Below, in pieces: positions 1 to 13,964 of a DNA stretch of 64,000 bases; position 1 is the first letter of the stretch; each line of letters opens with the position of its first letter. Source of the stretch: Lingula anatina (lineage: Eukaryota; Animalia; Brachiopoda); assembly GCA_051362555.1 (NCBI GenBank), contig CM120641.1, forward strand, positions 4,464,001-4,528,000, in the 5' to 3' direction. Under the pieces are notes generated by a model that saw only the letters and a list, made by a program, of their open reading frames with translations, was not told the origin of the DNA and did not search any database. The translations under genes and the position numbers were made by a program.

Positions 1-1087
1 AAACTGCCCTAAAATTCCCCTCACTTCTCACCCCTTGTAACTCTTTTCCTACAGTTATATTATACTGGGCATATGGGTCACAGTTTAATTGAATCAGAGA
101 AAGCTGATAAATTGTGTTCTATAAGATGTTTTTCATTGAATTGGTATCCAGGTGTGAGACTTGACTTATCTTTTATAAACAGGTCATTTGTGGATTTTAA
201 TTGCAGCTCTTTCATTCATGCTGTATTTTATTGCATTAAGTTGCTGACTAGAAGTCGATCATTACTAGTAAAAAAAACATGGAAACTGCAGCAAAAATTA
301 GCCAAGTTCTGACAAAAATGAGATTAACTGACATAAAGCTACCAAAATTAAAATAAAATTTCCTTTAGATTTTAATGCAGTGATCCTCAAAGAAAAAAGA
401 AATTTGCAGACAACAGGTCTAAAACTAACAAATTTCAGTGAAGTATCTACAGTAGTGGTGTCTTTATTTCTGGCAATCTATATTACAGTAACTTAAAACC
501 CCACTTATAATTGCTTTATTTGGAATTCAAAATTATGAAAATAGGATATTCCACTGTTGGTGAATATTTTAGGGTTATTTCCGCCTTAAGTTTAAAATAA
601 ATCACATGACACCTTGAAATGTTTATCAGTTCTATATCAAAATCTGGTAAAATCTGCTTATTTACTGTGTGATCAAAGGTAAAAAACGATTTCAAATTAA
701 CTCTTAAATATGCCATAAAAATTCTGAATTATTCTAAAAATTTATGTATAATGCAATAACTGTACCAGTACTTTCATTCATTACTTAACATCAGTGACAC
801 TAAATAAGTCAAAACAAAGAAGCGTAATTTTTAATAATTTAAGTATGAATAAGATTCATTATTTAGCACTTTTTAAGTGTAGATTTATGATATTTGTTAT
901 AGTATAATAAAAACCAAGAATATTTTAGTATCAAGTCATTACTAAGATATTTTTCTGTTGATTTTGCCACATTAGATACAAATACTTCCCAAGTGTCTCC
1001 CCATTGTAGAGAAATGAAAACCAGCAAAACATACTTAATGCTATTGATATCCAAACCAACATTTCAAAACAGAAAATTCAAATCTAC

Positions 1088-4000
1088 CTTTCAATGAGAA
1101 CCTCAAGTAAATCTTCATAGTCACTAGCCATCGTAGAATACTCCTGCAGAACGAGTTACATCTATAACACTGGCATCTTGCCTCAGTTGTTTCTATTGTT
1201 AAAGTCATAGGACAAATCAATTGGATGTATTGATACTAAAATGATTCCCAAAGACCTCAACTTGCAAGTCCTTCATTCTGGCATTTCAAAAAAATCAATC
1301 AAATGCACCCAGCAGAAAAACATCAATTTGTTTAGATACGTTGGAAAAGAGTTTAAAGACTACTTTAATTGTTATCATTATGTTACAGGGGTAAATACAC
1401 ATACACATCAATGTTGTTTCAGGATATACAGTCACTTCAGGAAAATATATCAATATTGGGTGACACGTGAGAGCAATTTATGGTTGTTTTTCTACGATGG
1501 TAGTTCACCCGTGAGCAGTGAAAGTAACCTCAAGTCAAAGAGTAACTCTATTTAGTGGATCAGGAAACCTGTTAATTTGGTCCACTTTGGATAAATTTGT
1601 ACAGCTTTGGTATGTGCTGTGGATCAATATGTTTACTGCAAAAAATGTTTAATTCTACTACGTCATTGAGCTTCAAAACAGATGATAAATGGAGAGAGAG
1701 AGAGTGAGAGTCTAAGAGAGAATCTTTTGTCCAATACTAATGATAGAAACAGAATATACCTAGTAAGTAACTATTAACAAAAAGCGCAACTTGCAATTTA
1801 CAAATAAAGAAACTGATTCTTAAGAACAAAAACATAATATTTAGGTTATTGCAAATAGCTTATTGTCAGAATTTTTTAGGTTTATTTGCTAAACATGTAG
1901 CCTAGAGAGTTAAATATCACTCTCTGACAAACAAAACAAAACCATTAACCCTTCTTTGAGCAGCTTTTTTTTTTCATTTTATTGTGCTTTGTTTTTAGGA
2001 CTCAAGTATTATATAATTATTTTAAAGTACTGTAGTGATAAAATATTCTAATATTTTGCTGAAAGACCTAAAACACACTTTTTGCTATCAGCACTGAGTT
2101 ACATATCACAAAGAAAGAAAAGAATTCAGTTAATTTCCTTCAGCCTAAACAAAATATTTAGCTAAAGGAAATATTCTACAAGATACAAGTAGTGTTTTAT
2201 CTCTGGTGTCTTGGAGACAGTGTCACAGGTCTGATAGACATGGGGTCCAGGTCACAGACGATCCAGGCTTATCTCTAAGGCCAGACTGTTCCTTAGTTAC
2301 TGCACTGCCTGCCCCATGCTACCTAAGACATGCTGAAGAATGTCATAGTTTACGTTTTGCTTTGCTGGAGTAACAACACCTAGTGGGTAAACTATTCTGT
2401 CAATCATATTCAACATAGATACAATGTTATATTTTCTGTATCACAAGGAATATTTTCAATGTAGTGTTTCTAATATAGTGATAATAAATGATTAACCCTA
2501 TAATGTTCATGAAAAGTCTAAAAAGGGAATTTAGTTATTAAAATATTACTAAAGATTTACTAATCTATACTATTACTACTGGCAAATATCAATGGTTATA
2601 ATTCTAAACAGCAAGCTTAAGATTGCATTATTGTTATGTACTATTTAAACCCAGCCAATATGAATTACTAATATATTCAGACCACATTTCCCAGTCAAAT
2701 GGCATGTCAGATTGTCACCTTAACAGATGCAACAAAAGTGTTTGCAAAAAAGTTTTTAGTTAGCTTTTTAACCCTATGCCCTGTTTAGGTACAAGTGTCA
2801 ATTATAGGTCTTAAATGAAATGTTAAACACCCCAGATGAAAAATGACAAGTGACTACATTAATTTAATTGTACATACAGTGCATTTCAGTTGTAAGGAAT
2901 GGTTGCCTTCTTTACTTGTATTTGTAAGTTGTTAATTGGTGAACACTGGAAGAAAACTAGTTTTAAAAACCCTCTATCTAGGATTAAAACTTATACAGTT
3001 TGTGTAAATTCTAACAGATGGAACTTGGTTACCATTAATTTTTTTGGAAAAGAGCATGAAGTGGCAACTGAAAGCAGGACTCAGTGATTATGTGGACTTA
3101 CGTTCGTCTGACATCTTTCTCCTCCTCTCTCTTTTTAAGTTGTGTAACTATCCCAGTAAACTTTACTCTCGGTTTCCTTTTCCTTTTACTATTCTTTCTT
3201 GCACCTCCATTACTATCATTTGAGGCTAGTTCTGGCAGAAAACTACTGCATGTGTCAGTTTCAGATGTCGTCTGCTTCTCTTCCAGCTGATCAGAGCCAT
3301 TCTCTGAAACCATGGTACTTTCTTCCTCCGAAGCAGAAGTTGAACTAGATGACCCAGTCAAACTCATATTAATAGCTTACTGATAACATTTTATCTTTCT
3401 TTCTTTCCATGGCTGTCTTCTTGATCATACACAAATTTCATTAGTAAATCCATTAACTTTAGTGCAAAGTTTAAATTCATGTTGCTCTACAGTCAGAGAG
3501 TGAAGCATTCCACAGCTCTCTCAACTAATGGTTTCCAATGCTTTCTTGTATTTTCTCTTGAGGTCAAAGTAGAAAACCTTGGCACATGGAAATTTCTTGG
3601 CATATAACAATATCAAATTACCAGTTGTTTGCTGAATTGTTTCCAAATAACATGTAAGGAGTTGATGATAAATTATGATAAATTGCTTGACGAGAATGTT
3701 TCCTGGAACTGTTATGATTAATTAATCCTTATTCAGAGTATGTAAAAAAATCTTGAGATATCTGCCTAGTGACGAGATTCACTCAACCAGTGAAAATCAG
3801 TTGCCTTAAGTATCTTAAAAAAAAGGTTTCAATAAAACCGTCTCTGTTATGTCATCAAATAAAGGTGTAGCACTTAAACAAAGTCTAGAAACAGACCTTA
3901 ATATATGACACATAAACCTTCCATTAAACAAATGTATTCGGTACAGCATACAATCTTAGATTAGCTCAGGACATGTTCAGTAAACCTAGATAAAATCCGT

Positions 4001-7000
4001 CTTACAGAATCTTGTCTTGGCGTCTCTCGTAAGCTGGGGTCAAGTTTTCAGTCAATAGAACAGCGTTTTGGATCTCCGGGCTACTGTTAGAATAGTATGG
4101 TTTGAGGTGCCAAAATATGTGTTTAAGGCAAGATCACACAGGTCCCAGTGGCAACATTAACTGCTTTTTCTTCCTTGTGTTTTTCCTTCCTTAAAACTGC
4201 TACATAAACTTGCTTCCCTATTGCTTCCCATTAGAATCGCTATATATCTTCCTCCAAAGCACTTTGCCTTTCCCTGAGAGCACATACACCCCTTTTCACA
4301 TAAAGTGTGAGCATTTTCCATTAGGAATGTTTTCCATATGAGGCACTAATTCCATCACATCTCAAAGTGGAGTACTATCAGAAAAATAATACACAACCCT
4401 GATGTCAGCAGAAACATAATAGATGAAGGGTGCAAATGCACGCCACATGGCCCACTTGATTGCCAGGTAACTGGCAATTCTTGTTTAACAATCAATAGAC
4501 CAAAGTGATAGCTGCTGTCCTGATGTTAGGTCTGATATTCTACCTCTCCCAATATTGGCAACATTCCTCGAGTTCGGGCAAAGTGTGATAAAGATAAAAA
4601 AAGATGTAATTTTTATCCCATCAGTTCCCCATCATTGCATCTGAATATCAAGTTCTATAGCCACAGAATGGCTAACATGATACACCTGGTTTATTTCTAA
4701 TGTAATACATCCATCTATAATCAAATATTTGTTATACTATGTGCAATTGTATTACATTTCAAGCAAAACATTAAATCCCCATTTGAGCTGGAGGCACTTT
4801 AAAGGCAGTGCTGGTTATTTAATCTTATTGAACTGCCATACATGATACAATTGAATTGTTACAAAGCTAACCACATTTTAGTAGAGTGCTTATTTGTGTT
4901 CATAGAGTTGCTGTTATCAAAGTCAATGAGGTAAAGAATATGAACACAACTTCAATATTATTTCTCATTTGGGCTGTATTAGAAATAATATCAAATCTTT
5001 TTATCTTTTCAAATAAGCACACCTGCTACATTCCTTGTTATAAACAATTTACATATTTATTCTAAATTAATTCTGTAACACTTATTCACTTTTTGTTGTT
5101 CACTTAACAGTAATTCAATTTGATTTTTTTAGCATCTGAAAAAACTCAGCTGGCAAATAAAAACATTTTTGAGCAAAAGTGTTTGAAAATACTACGAAAG
5201 AGAAGAATTAGAGAAAAAAAGAAACAATCTACCTAACATAAGCCTCCATCCCTTCCATGGTTATGCATTCTTCAAGTGTCTCCTTATATTTAGTGATATT
5301 CTTTCATCTTATATAAATACTACTGTTATCTTGGGAAAAAATTAATGAAACTTAAAAATAAATTCTTCAATATTGGATACTCTACATTACAAATGGCATT
5401 TTATGTTTTTTATCAAATGTTTTCTCACTGAAAGATAAGATCACAAAAGTTGTATTACGATTTTAAATAAATGGGTAATATACCTAAAAACAAATTAAAC
5501 CCCTTTCTTGTGGTCCAAAATCTATTCTAGTGAAATGTTCTTTAAAAATATTTGACAAACTGAGAAATAATAACTAGCATTAGAAAGAAAGGCATAGAAA
5601 AGATGCAGACAAACCCCCAGCCTGGTTTAATGCATGTTTTAAGTTCACCAAGTTCAAAACTTAGCTTTAAAATAAAATGAACCAAAAAGCTCCTAACTCT
5701 CAGTAAATATTTGCTTTTCTTTTCAGCTGGGTCTGCAAACACATTAGTGGTGCCTTAGTTACCCCCTGTTGACTAACACACACAACACACTTGGGGTTCT
5801 TCACTGCTCTTGGCACAACCAGCATTGCATGGTCACAACTAACACATTTTCTTATAGGGAAATTTAACTCCTTTCAAGCTGAACAAATATTTTCTATCTC
5901 TGCACAAGCACACAGTGCGTTTCTGAAAAGCCTACATTGGGACTTTGTTACATCTCTTATACAAACAAAATAGTGGTCTGGCCCATATTCTATGATGAGT
6001 TAATATTTCATATTTATGTAGGCACAAAAGTAGAAAAGTGTATAGATAGTTTTTCAATTCTTTTCTAAAATATGCCTCAGATGGTATATATCTCAATATC
6101 AACAGTGACAAAACAAACTAGATTGTCCCAGTTCATGAGCAGATAAAATTTTGCCCATAAATTTCAGAAAATATCTCGTATTGTAAGGGTACCCAGGAAA
6201 TCTCATTTCTCTCACCTTTCAATCTTTTCTGGGTTGGCAAAGCTTCTCCTCCTCGCACTGTCTGCCACACTCAACAAGCCCTGGAGGAGAAGAATGGAAT
6301 CTTAATCAATTTTGCACCAACATTTCCAAAGAAAAAAAATCAGTATTATTTTTTAATGCTAGCTGTAGACAAGAAGCTGTACATGCAATTGACAAATGAT
6401 ACTGAGGTGAAAGTTGTCGAGTTATTAACAGGACAGGTTCAGAGGAACATCAAACAGTTTCTACAATGCAAAACAAACCCTTGAGGATAGAAATCGAACA
6501 TGAAATAAATTCAGTTGAATCTGCCCTATAGCTTCAAACAACTCAAGCAAAAAAATGATTGATAAGTGGATCAATTGTGTTGAACAAGACAGTCACTACA
6601 AACAATATTAGCGTCCATGCCCTGCAGGAAAAAAGGCAACAGTCAAGATACTGATGAACATTTAAACACAAAAATCTAAAAAGACCCATCTTTCTACAAC
6701 CTTTGAAACATACCAATAAACCTGGTGAAACATTTTACCTTATTACAGCCATTATTACTCATTTCATTCATTGTAACTCATCTTTAGGTAATCCATAAGT
6801 GTGTTTATCAGTCTTTCAGATATTGTATGAATCCTTTCTTTGTTACTTGGCCTCCAATCGCCGTTATCTTTACAGCCTGACCTGTGCACCACACACTAAA
6901 TCTCTTATATAGTAATATGCTTACCGGATGCTTAAGATTTTCATCCCCCCTTTTTTTGACCTGAATAAATATTTCATGTTTTTTTATCCTCCTCTTGTTC

Positions 7001-10000
7001 TGTGTAAATACCTTAAAGCGAGGTAACTGTTGCTAGAGTGCACCAGAGACTTGCGAAAGAGTAAATATTGGCATCAATAATGAGCAAACACACACAACTG
7101 ATCCTCAAAAAACTATGGAAAAAAATGTTCACGTTTGATTGTGCTTAACTTTTTCTCTTTTATCATATACAGAGTGCTTAATTGATTTACCTACTGACAC
7201 CTGTCTTGACGTCATTTAAACAACATCACAAAGAAGTTTTACAAAACTTTGGCTTGTAGGCTATTACACTTTTTCTCCTGTAGGAAACAAAACCATCTGA
7301 TCATAAATACAGCCTGTTAAAAACCATATGATTCTAGTTTTAATTTCTCACAATTTTTCTTTACACAAAATGGCTGCACAAAAATTTGGTGTAAGAATGA
7401 CGCTTTCACACAATGATGCTAGGTTTGACTGAATATAAACATTTTGCACAATAAGCCACACTACTAACTGGAGAAAATAATTATATATGCAACGGTTTTC
7501 TAAAAAAATTGATCAAGTATTTTGCAGACTAACATCAGTTTGTAAAAATCATCATATATCAAAACACCACTGTAATATTATACAGAACTAAATAAAATGA
7601 CTTTAAAACCAGGTAAAATCTTTTCTATGCTCTTGGTTGTTGTGCAACTTAAGCATGATTTTGCATGTACCTGTATCATATTGTAAATTAGGACACCATT
7701 TTATCAAACTCAAACTGATAGTGCAGTAAAACTCAAGTGAGTTAATAAATAAAACTGCCTAGGTGTGATAAAAAGATACTACAGTTCTTATAAATTTATT
7801 GTCTTTTTGAAAGAAATACCTTTAATTTCAAACCGCAAATTTATCTACATTTCAATCAGTCCTGAGGACAGTATTGAATAACTGTAGCATCTTTATCTTT
7901 ATGATATGGAAGTTTGCTAAAGCCAACATAATTCACCTGTTTAAAGATTAGATATTGTTCAAAACTAGTAGATAATCCTTAAATCTCTGTAGTTCATAAA
8001 TCAGCACTTACTTGGTTACCAGACCATCACCTGAAAACATCACTTTAGCAGAATTGTTAGTATCTTTAAAAACTCAGGTGACACCATAACTGATTTTTTT
8101 AAGAAATGTGGTCCAGAACTTAAACATGTATGACATGAAGTAACTATACAATTTTAGAAGATATAAAACAAAATGAATTGATGGTCTTCATTGTTTTCAA
8201 TGGACAAACAACTGTTATCTTTTAAGTTTTATCTTCAGTTTTCATACGCATGATATTTACAAGTGTAATACTCAACCATAAATATCTCTTAGGCTTCATT
8301 CACATGGAATGTCTATTTTCTAAAAATCTATTTTCTATTCGCGGTATCTTATGATCACGGTCTGTGCCCTGAATATCCCGCCGCGTAATTACTGGCAGCG
8401 CGAGCCAGTTACTTATAGTAACTTATAGTAACTGGCTCGCACTGCCAGTAATTACGCCTTATTCATGACTCAACTAAATGTGATGAGTTTATCTGAATAA
8501 AAATGTTTAACCTTAAAAAAAAACCTAAATGGAACACTGCTTAATTCAATTGCAAAAATTTACCATCACAACAAAAAAATTAAAAAAATTGCAGTGTCTT
8601 TCTAATTGAATTGAAACATCAATTATATACTAACAACAAAAGCCGCCAGCCCTTCTGAGCAACCTAAAAAATACATGTACAGACTTTTTTTAATCAAAGA
8701 TGATTTAAATAAACTGAAATGTAACAAAGGATTTTCAGTGTTTGTAATAAGAGAATACTGTAATGATTCGATCTTTTCAATGGGCAAAAAAATCAAACTT
8801 AGAGATAAATCATTTTAAAATCATAGAAATTATATTTTTATATAGCAGTCGTGGTGCTACAAGTGGTCCGCTTTTAATTTTTTTGCAACCACTCAATAGT
8901 AATGCTCTTATTTTAAGAAATCATGATTAAAAGAGTACAGTATCTGTAAAATTCACAATTTCCCTCCATTAAAAAGACCGGGTCATTACTGTATCTCAAG
9001 AGCAAGACAGTAACATTTTAATACCTTATAAAGAGAAATAACCAATAATATATAAATCTATAAATTAAAGAAACTCTAGCATACTAAACACTGTCGATCT
9101 AAAATATCCTGCAGACATAAAAGGCTTGCGAGTATACAATACAATTCCTTCAAATTTCTACTAAAAATATGAAAACACCACCAAAGACAAGAGTAGAAGT
9201 CAAGACAGTGAAATCCTTATAACTTAGATATGTCTTAATCTGAAACAAACTTACACCAGCCACAGCAGCTTCTATAAATTTCCTCAGTGTCTCCTCTACA
9301 TCTTCCCCTGAAATCTGGTCGTCCTCCATCCTTTACTGAAACAGTCTTGGCTGTGAAAATGTCATCAGATTTCTATTGATTATGTCCCATCATAGTGATG
9401 GCAGATGCATACGAGCCAGCAGTTTATGGTACATAAAGGGATAATAACTCTTCGTATGAGATCTATATTTCACAATAAAAACATTGTAAACAACTCATAG
9501 AAATATAATATATTATTATTTACCACAAAAATGGAAGGTATAGCTATTATTCTGATATCTGAGCTTGTCATCGGAACATGAACGCGACCTCCATAGATGG
9601 CTATACTCTGTAATAATCTCTCAAGAGATTATTACAAAAAAAAAAAACTTTTTAGAAAAAAAAAAGGGACTAACTTTAAATGTAAAAATGGATTCAATAA
9701 CCATTGGCTAGTATGGGAAAATTGTTATTTACTCCAGGAAAATTCATTTTTTGGCCAAAACGAACAGTTATTATCCCTTTAAGAGTACATCTCCGATTCC
9801 TTGCCAGGTATAACAATGTTTCACTGATGTTTTTTCTGATCTGTACAATTGGTTAAAATCTGCAATATACTGAAAATCTTGGCCACTCAAATTATCCGTC
9901 TGATGACCCCCATTTCACATGCACATAATTTTTTTTCTTTTGACAGGTGTGACAAACACACAAGTTGTTTTCCCACAGATCCTTGATGACTGTTAAATCG

Positions 10001-11401
10001 ACAGGATGTGCTCTAGTTCTTCAATGCAAAAATCAACTGCCAACTGGAGAGGAAAGGCCTGGGCATGCTCATCATCTGTGACAGCAGACTCTTCTCAACT
10101 GGACCCTTATTATTCAGCCATCCACATATGAAATGTTGTCCACCAAGAACCAGGATTTCTCATATACTTTGTACACACCACACACTTGATTTCTGTTTGC
10201 TCCTGCAGTCCTTTCTTTCACTATCCTGGCTAAACTGACTATTGGGTTACTTCATAATGTCAATAATTACACCGGCCACAAACTTAATCAATCAGCGGTT
10301 TGTTTCTGATGGAGCAGCAGATTAAGTCTTAAACCTCTCTCAGACTGACATTTCTAACACGTTAAGGGACACTCATGTCCAATCTGACTCTTAGCAAACT
10401 GGACATCTTAATAATGTGCTATTTATGTAGATTCTGTGTACTAACAGTGGACCGTTATCACTTAGTATGTGTTAAGAAGAAAGACAAATCTGAAATTGAA
10501 AACTTTAAGCTGCCGAAGTCTTAAAGTCCACAGCTAAGCCTTTCCTGAAAAGAAGGGGGATTACAAAACCCATGTTAGGAAATAGATTGTAGAGTCTCTT
10601 CATAAATTGAAAAATATAAGTGATATTAAAACCCAAGGCAAACAAGTTAAGGGAAGAGAAGTATATTAGACTTGAGTGTAAATCAACCACTGATGTTGAC
10701 TGATGTTGACAAGTGGATTTTTGCAGGGAATATTAAATTCTGTTGCATGATTTATATATTTCGTAATGTCTCTGTTGTGAAGGAGAAGATTATCATAACA
10801 CTTCATACATGAGCCCATACCTAATTTCATAACTCATTCATCAGAAATTATTGATAAAATCTCTATCTGACATTTGGCATAAAAATGCTTACTGATGTAC
10901 ATAAATGTATTTATATGTGGTAAGCTAATATCATCATTTCAAAACATCTTTACTGATTAGATGAAAACATCTGACAAATCAGCTGCTATTTTATCTCTCT
11001 TCTTAATGAATCAGTTTTCCTTCTTTTTCTTTTTGTTTTTTAATGAACATAAAAGGATTTGTATGTTAAGTATATAAAAAGTTTATGTCCATTCACCATC
11101 ATACTAATCTACTGTGCTTTATATAAAGAAATTCATTTCTTTTTTCTACGAGCCATTTTTTTAAATAAAAAGGAACCACACAAAAAGCAAAAACACTAAA
11201 TACCATTCTTTTATTTTTTATAAAAAGAAACCATACAAACTACACCAAAACCACTACTCCAGCTGCCCTTACCATTTTCAGTCTCTGCTCATCATCTTGC
11301 AGTAACTGTCCCAAGGCCCTAGCAAACTGTTGCCATAGCACCTTCTTCATGCTGTCCAACTGTCCAGCTGCAACCCCTGGCTTTCTGCCAATGTCTGACA
11401 T
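1088..11401 (-). CDS. 5' portion of an unidentified gene with multiple alternative N-terminal coding exons; the shared downstream exons lie left of the window
   Basis: Best-supported exons, all with open frames and GT donors (AG acceptors seen for all but 3367-3102): 11401-11273 (MSDIGRKPGVAAGQLDSMKKVLWQQFARALGQLLQDDEQRLKM, phase 0, GTAAGG); 9329-9255 (MEDDQISGEDVEETLRKFIEAAVAG, phase 0, GTAAGT); 6280-6216 (GLLSVADSARRRSFANPEKIE+AG, phase 0 in/2 out, GTGAG); 3367-3102 (88-codon ORF +AC, phase 2, GTAAGT); 1143-1088 (EYSTMASDYEDLLEVLIE+AG, phase 0 in/2 out). Product not recognised. Confidence 0.55.
8383..8457. repeat. Inverted repeat/hairpin with 31-bp arms and a 13-nt loop
   Basis: GCGTAATTACTGGCAGCGCGAGCCAGTTACT-tatagtaacttat-AGTAACTGGCTCGCACTGCCAGTAATTACGC; a single mismatch between the arms. 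Confidence 0.9.
9437..9778. mobile_element. Non-autonomous DNA transposon (MITE), Kolobok-like, copy 1
   Basis: Terminal inverted repeats AGGGATAATAACTCTTCGT ... ACGAACAGTTATTATCCCT, flanked by ATAA/TTAA. A homologous copy lies at 38375-38712. A TTAA target with RR...YY termini is the Kolobok signature. Confidence 0.8.
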
Positions 11402-13958
11402 TTTTATTGTCAGCAAGGACCTCTAAGTATTCTACAAAAATTGAAATGTAGTAGGCCTTTTTTTAGTTAACACATTTTAAACTTGTTTTCCTTTTGTAAG
11501 ACTAGACTAGAAAGAGAAAATTAGTACATATGTATTATCTCAACTGAATGTCTCAAATCTTTCCATTTTTTTCTCTATATTTAAAGATACTCCATTTTTT
11601 TCATGCAGAACTTATTAATTCTTTGAATAAATCAACAGATTCTTTGAATAAATCTACAAATGCTTGCTTCAACATATTTTAATCAAAATTCATTCATTCA
11701 AAATAAAGTGAGATTTAGTGGAATCATTACATATTTGCTAAAAATATTGGCGATCACGGCTTGCAATTGGGCATAATGGCACATACAGACAGCAATGAAC
11801 TTTTCCATGACCTGCTTTTACTTACTTTGCAGTAAACAGATTTATTTTTTTATTTTCATTTGATAATGCCAAAATTGTAATTCTCACAAAAATTTTATGT
11901 AATAATAAATGAGTACACTTCAAGTACTGAATGGTGGCAATATGAATACTTACATTCAAATTTGGCATTTGTGTCCGACTCCTCGAGAGTCCTTATCCTC
12001 GACAAGATCTAACTTCTCACCTCTTTTTTAAAATAATTTCTACTACTTAATCCTTTCTTTTCTGTCTCTAGGCTATGAGAATAGCCATTAAACCCATTAG
12101 GCACAGCAGTTTACCCTTCTTTAGTACAACTTCCACTTGTGTTGATTTTGTGTGACCATTCTCAATAACAGGGTTGGGGCAATATCAACACCCAAACACG
12201 CCAGTCTTTTGATACAATTCCACTGCCTCAGCAAGCACGGTGAAACTGCTCAGCTAATTGAAAAACATGGTAATTCAGACATTTGTTGTTGTTCTGTCAA
12301 TATTGAGTCCAACTTTGATTTGGGAGAGAAAAGTCAGTTTGGTGCCCCGAGCACCTGTTCGTATGGCAGGTAAATACAGAATACTTTATAAAACTAGCCA
12401 GGAACAACTGGTACAAATATATAATCAGACATTACTTCAGCAAATATCAGTTGGAGCCACTGGAACATGTTTCCTCTTTGGTCATTGTCTATTACAGCAT
12501 AACACAGCTTGACAATAGACATGGATTTGATTAAGGGGGGGGAGGATGAAGGAACTATATCAAACTTGGTGAAGCAATAAAACAAAGATTTTCAATGATC
12601 CCAAAAATTTATCCGTATTTCAGAGCAATTTCTGTTTTTGTTTTTCAACATGTAATTGACAAAGAACAAGTTCAAAATATTAGTTTTTTTGTCAAAAATT
12701 AACAATTGATGATAAAATTGATTTTAAGATAGGGCTGTTTTTGTTAAAGGTAACAGTTACGATTTACTGTTAGTTCATATTTTATTACTATTAGCTGTAC
12801 AGATTTTTGAATTTGACAGAAAAAGACTACAAGATGGAATTCTTAAAATTACAGAGTGAAGGATTTTACAAATACGTTCAGTGCATGAACTACTTTTCAG
12901 TTTTGACCATATTTTAACATAATATTAATTTTAAGCTGATAAAAGTCAATCAACGTTACAAAAAATTGACCACCACCTCCCAGTGAACCTTGAAACCAGT
13001 CAACCATTTGATGCTTTTAAATTGCCTGGAATTAAGAACATATTGTGAGAATTGAGCTCAAAGGAATGGAGGGTTTTGAAAAACCATTACTTAAGCATGG
13101 GTAAAAAAACTTAGTAACTTTTTCAGGTGTAGAATAGGGATAATAGCAAGTATCAGAAAAGGAGAAACAAATGTTGTTTAGTTGGAAAAAAAAAACCCAT
13201 TTCCTCAAGAAAAAAAATTGTTAAGGAATTCCCACACTGTGCACCTTTAAAAACTAGGTTTGATCTTTGTTTGATCATATTGATTTTTATTCCCAGTTAA
13301 AATCCGACTAATGCATGGTTTACATGATGAGTTTACACAGTTTACATGTATGCCTTGGCAACTTGGAAGACTACTGGTTGTATTTACAGGTGTACTTAAG
13401 ACTCAAGTTTCAACATATGCATAGATAAAGTGATCAAAATAAAGACTTTTTTGCTGAAGCTGATAAAGCCCGGATAAAAATTATTCTGTCTTTTGAAGTA
13501 ACTTCTTAATATAATTTAAGACAAAAATTACTTATAGAAGATTCTCAAGAGATACACAGTATGCCATCTGCCATCCAATGCTGCCAGTTTACCTCAAGCA
13601 TAGCTTTCTGTGGACAGATCATAAGCAAAAATAGAGCATACTGGAATCCATGGTTTACAGATGTACCATAACAGGTTTCTGGGTTTACCTGCTGTATTTA
13701 AGCTATATAGTTTTTAGAATCACCATGTAACTGGTAAAAAAAAGCTGTAGACATTATGTTGGACCTCAAATCTCCTTTGACATGTCATTAAGATGTCAGA
13801 GAACATTTTGTATTATAGATAGAAGTACTCCTCATCATGAAAAACTGTTCCATGCTTTTAAAACCCTCTTGAAGTCCTTTTTCATAATATAGGCAAAATA
13901 AAATAGCATAATATATATGTTGTAATGAGAATACAAATGTAGATCACGTTGTTAACAT

Positions 13959-13964
13959 ATTTAT
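13959..13964 (-). promoter_or_regulatory. Candidate polyadenylation signal (AATAAA) of NAF1
   Basis: TTTATT on the + strand ~540 nt downstream of the NAF1 stop codon. Confidence 0.4.

Noticed and set aside
9597-9782. 61-aa ORF
   Set aside because: Lies within the MITE; the other copy has indels across this stretch.
12021-12585. Exon-like block with ORFs on both strands
   Set aside because: The frames leading into the 12021 donor contain stops; at most a non-coding 5'UTR exon of the left-hand gene.
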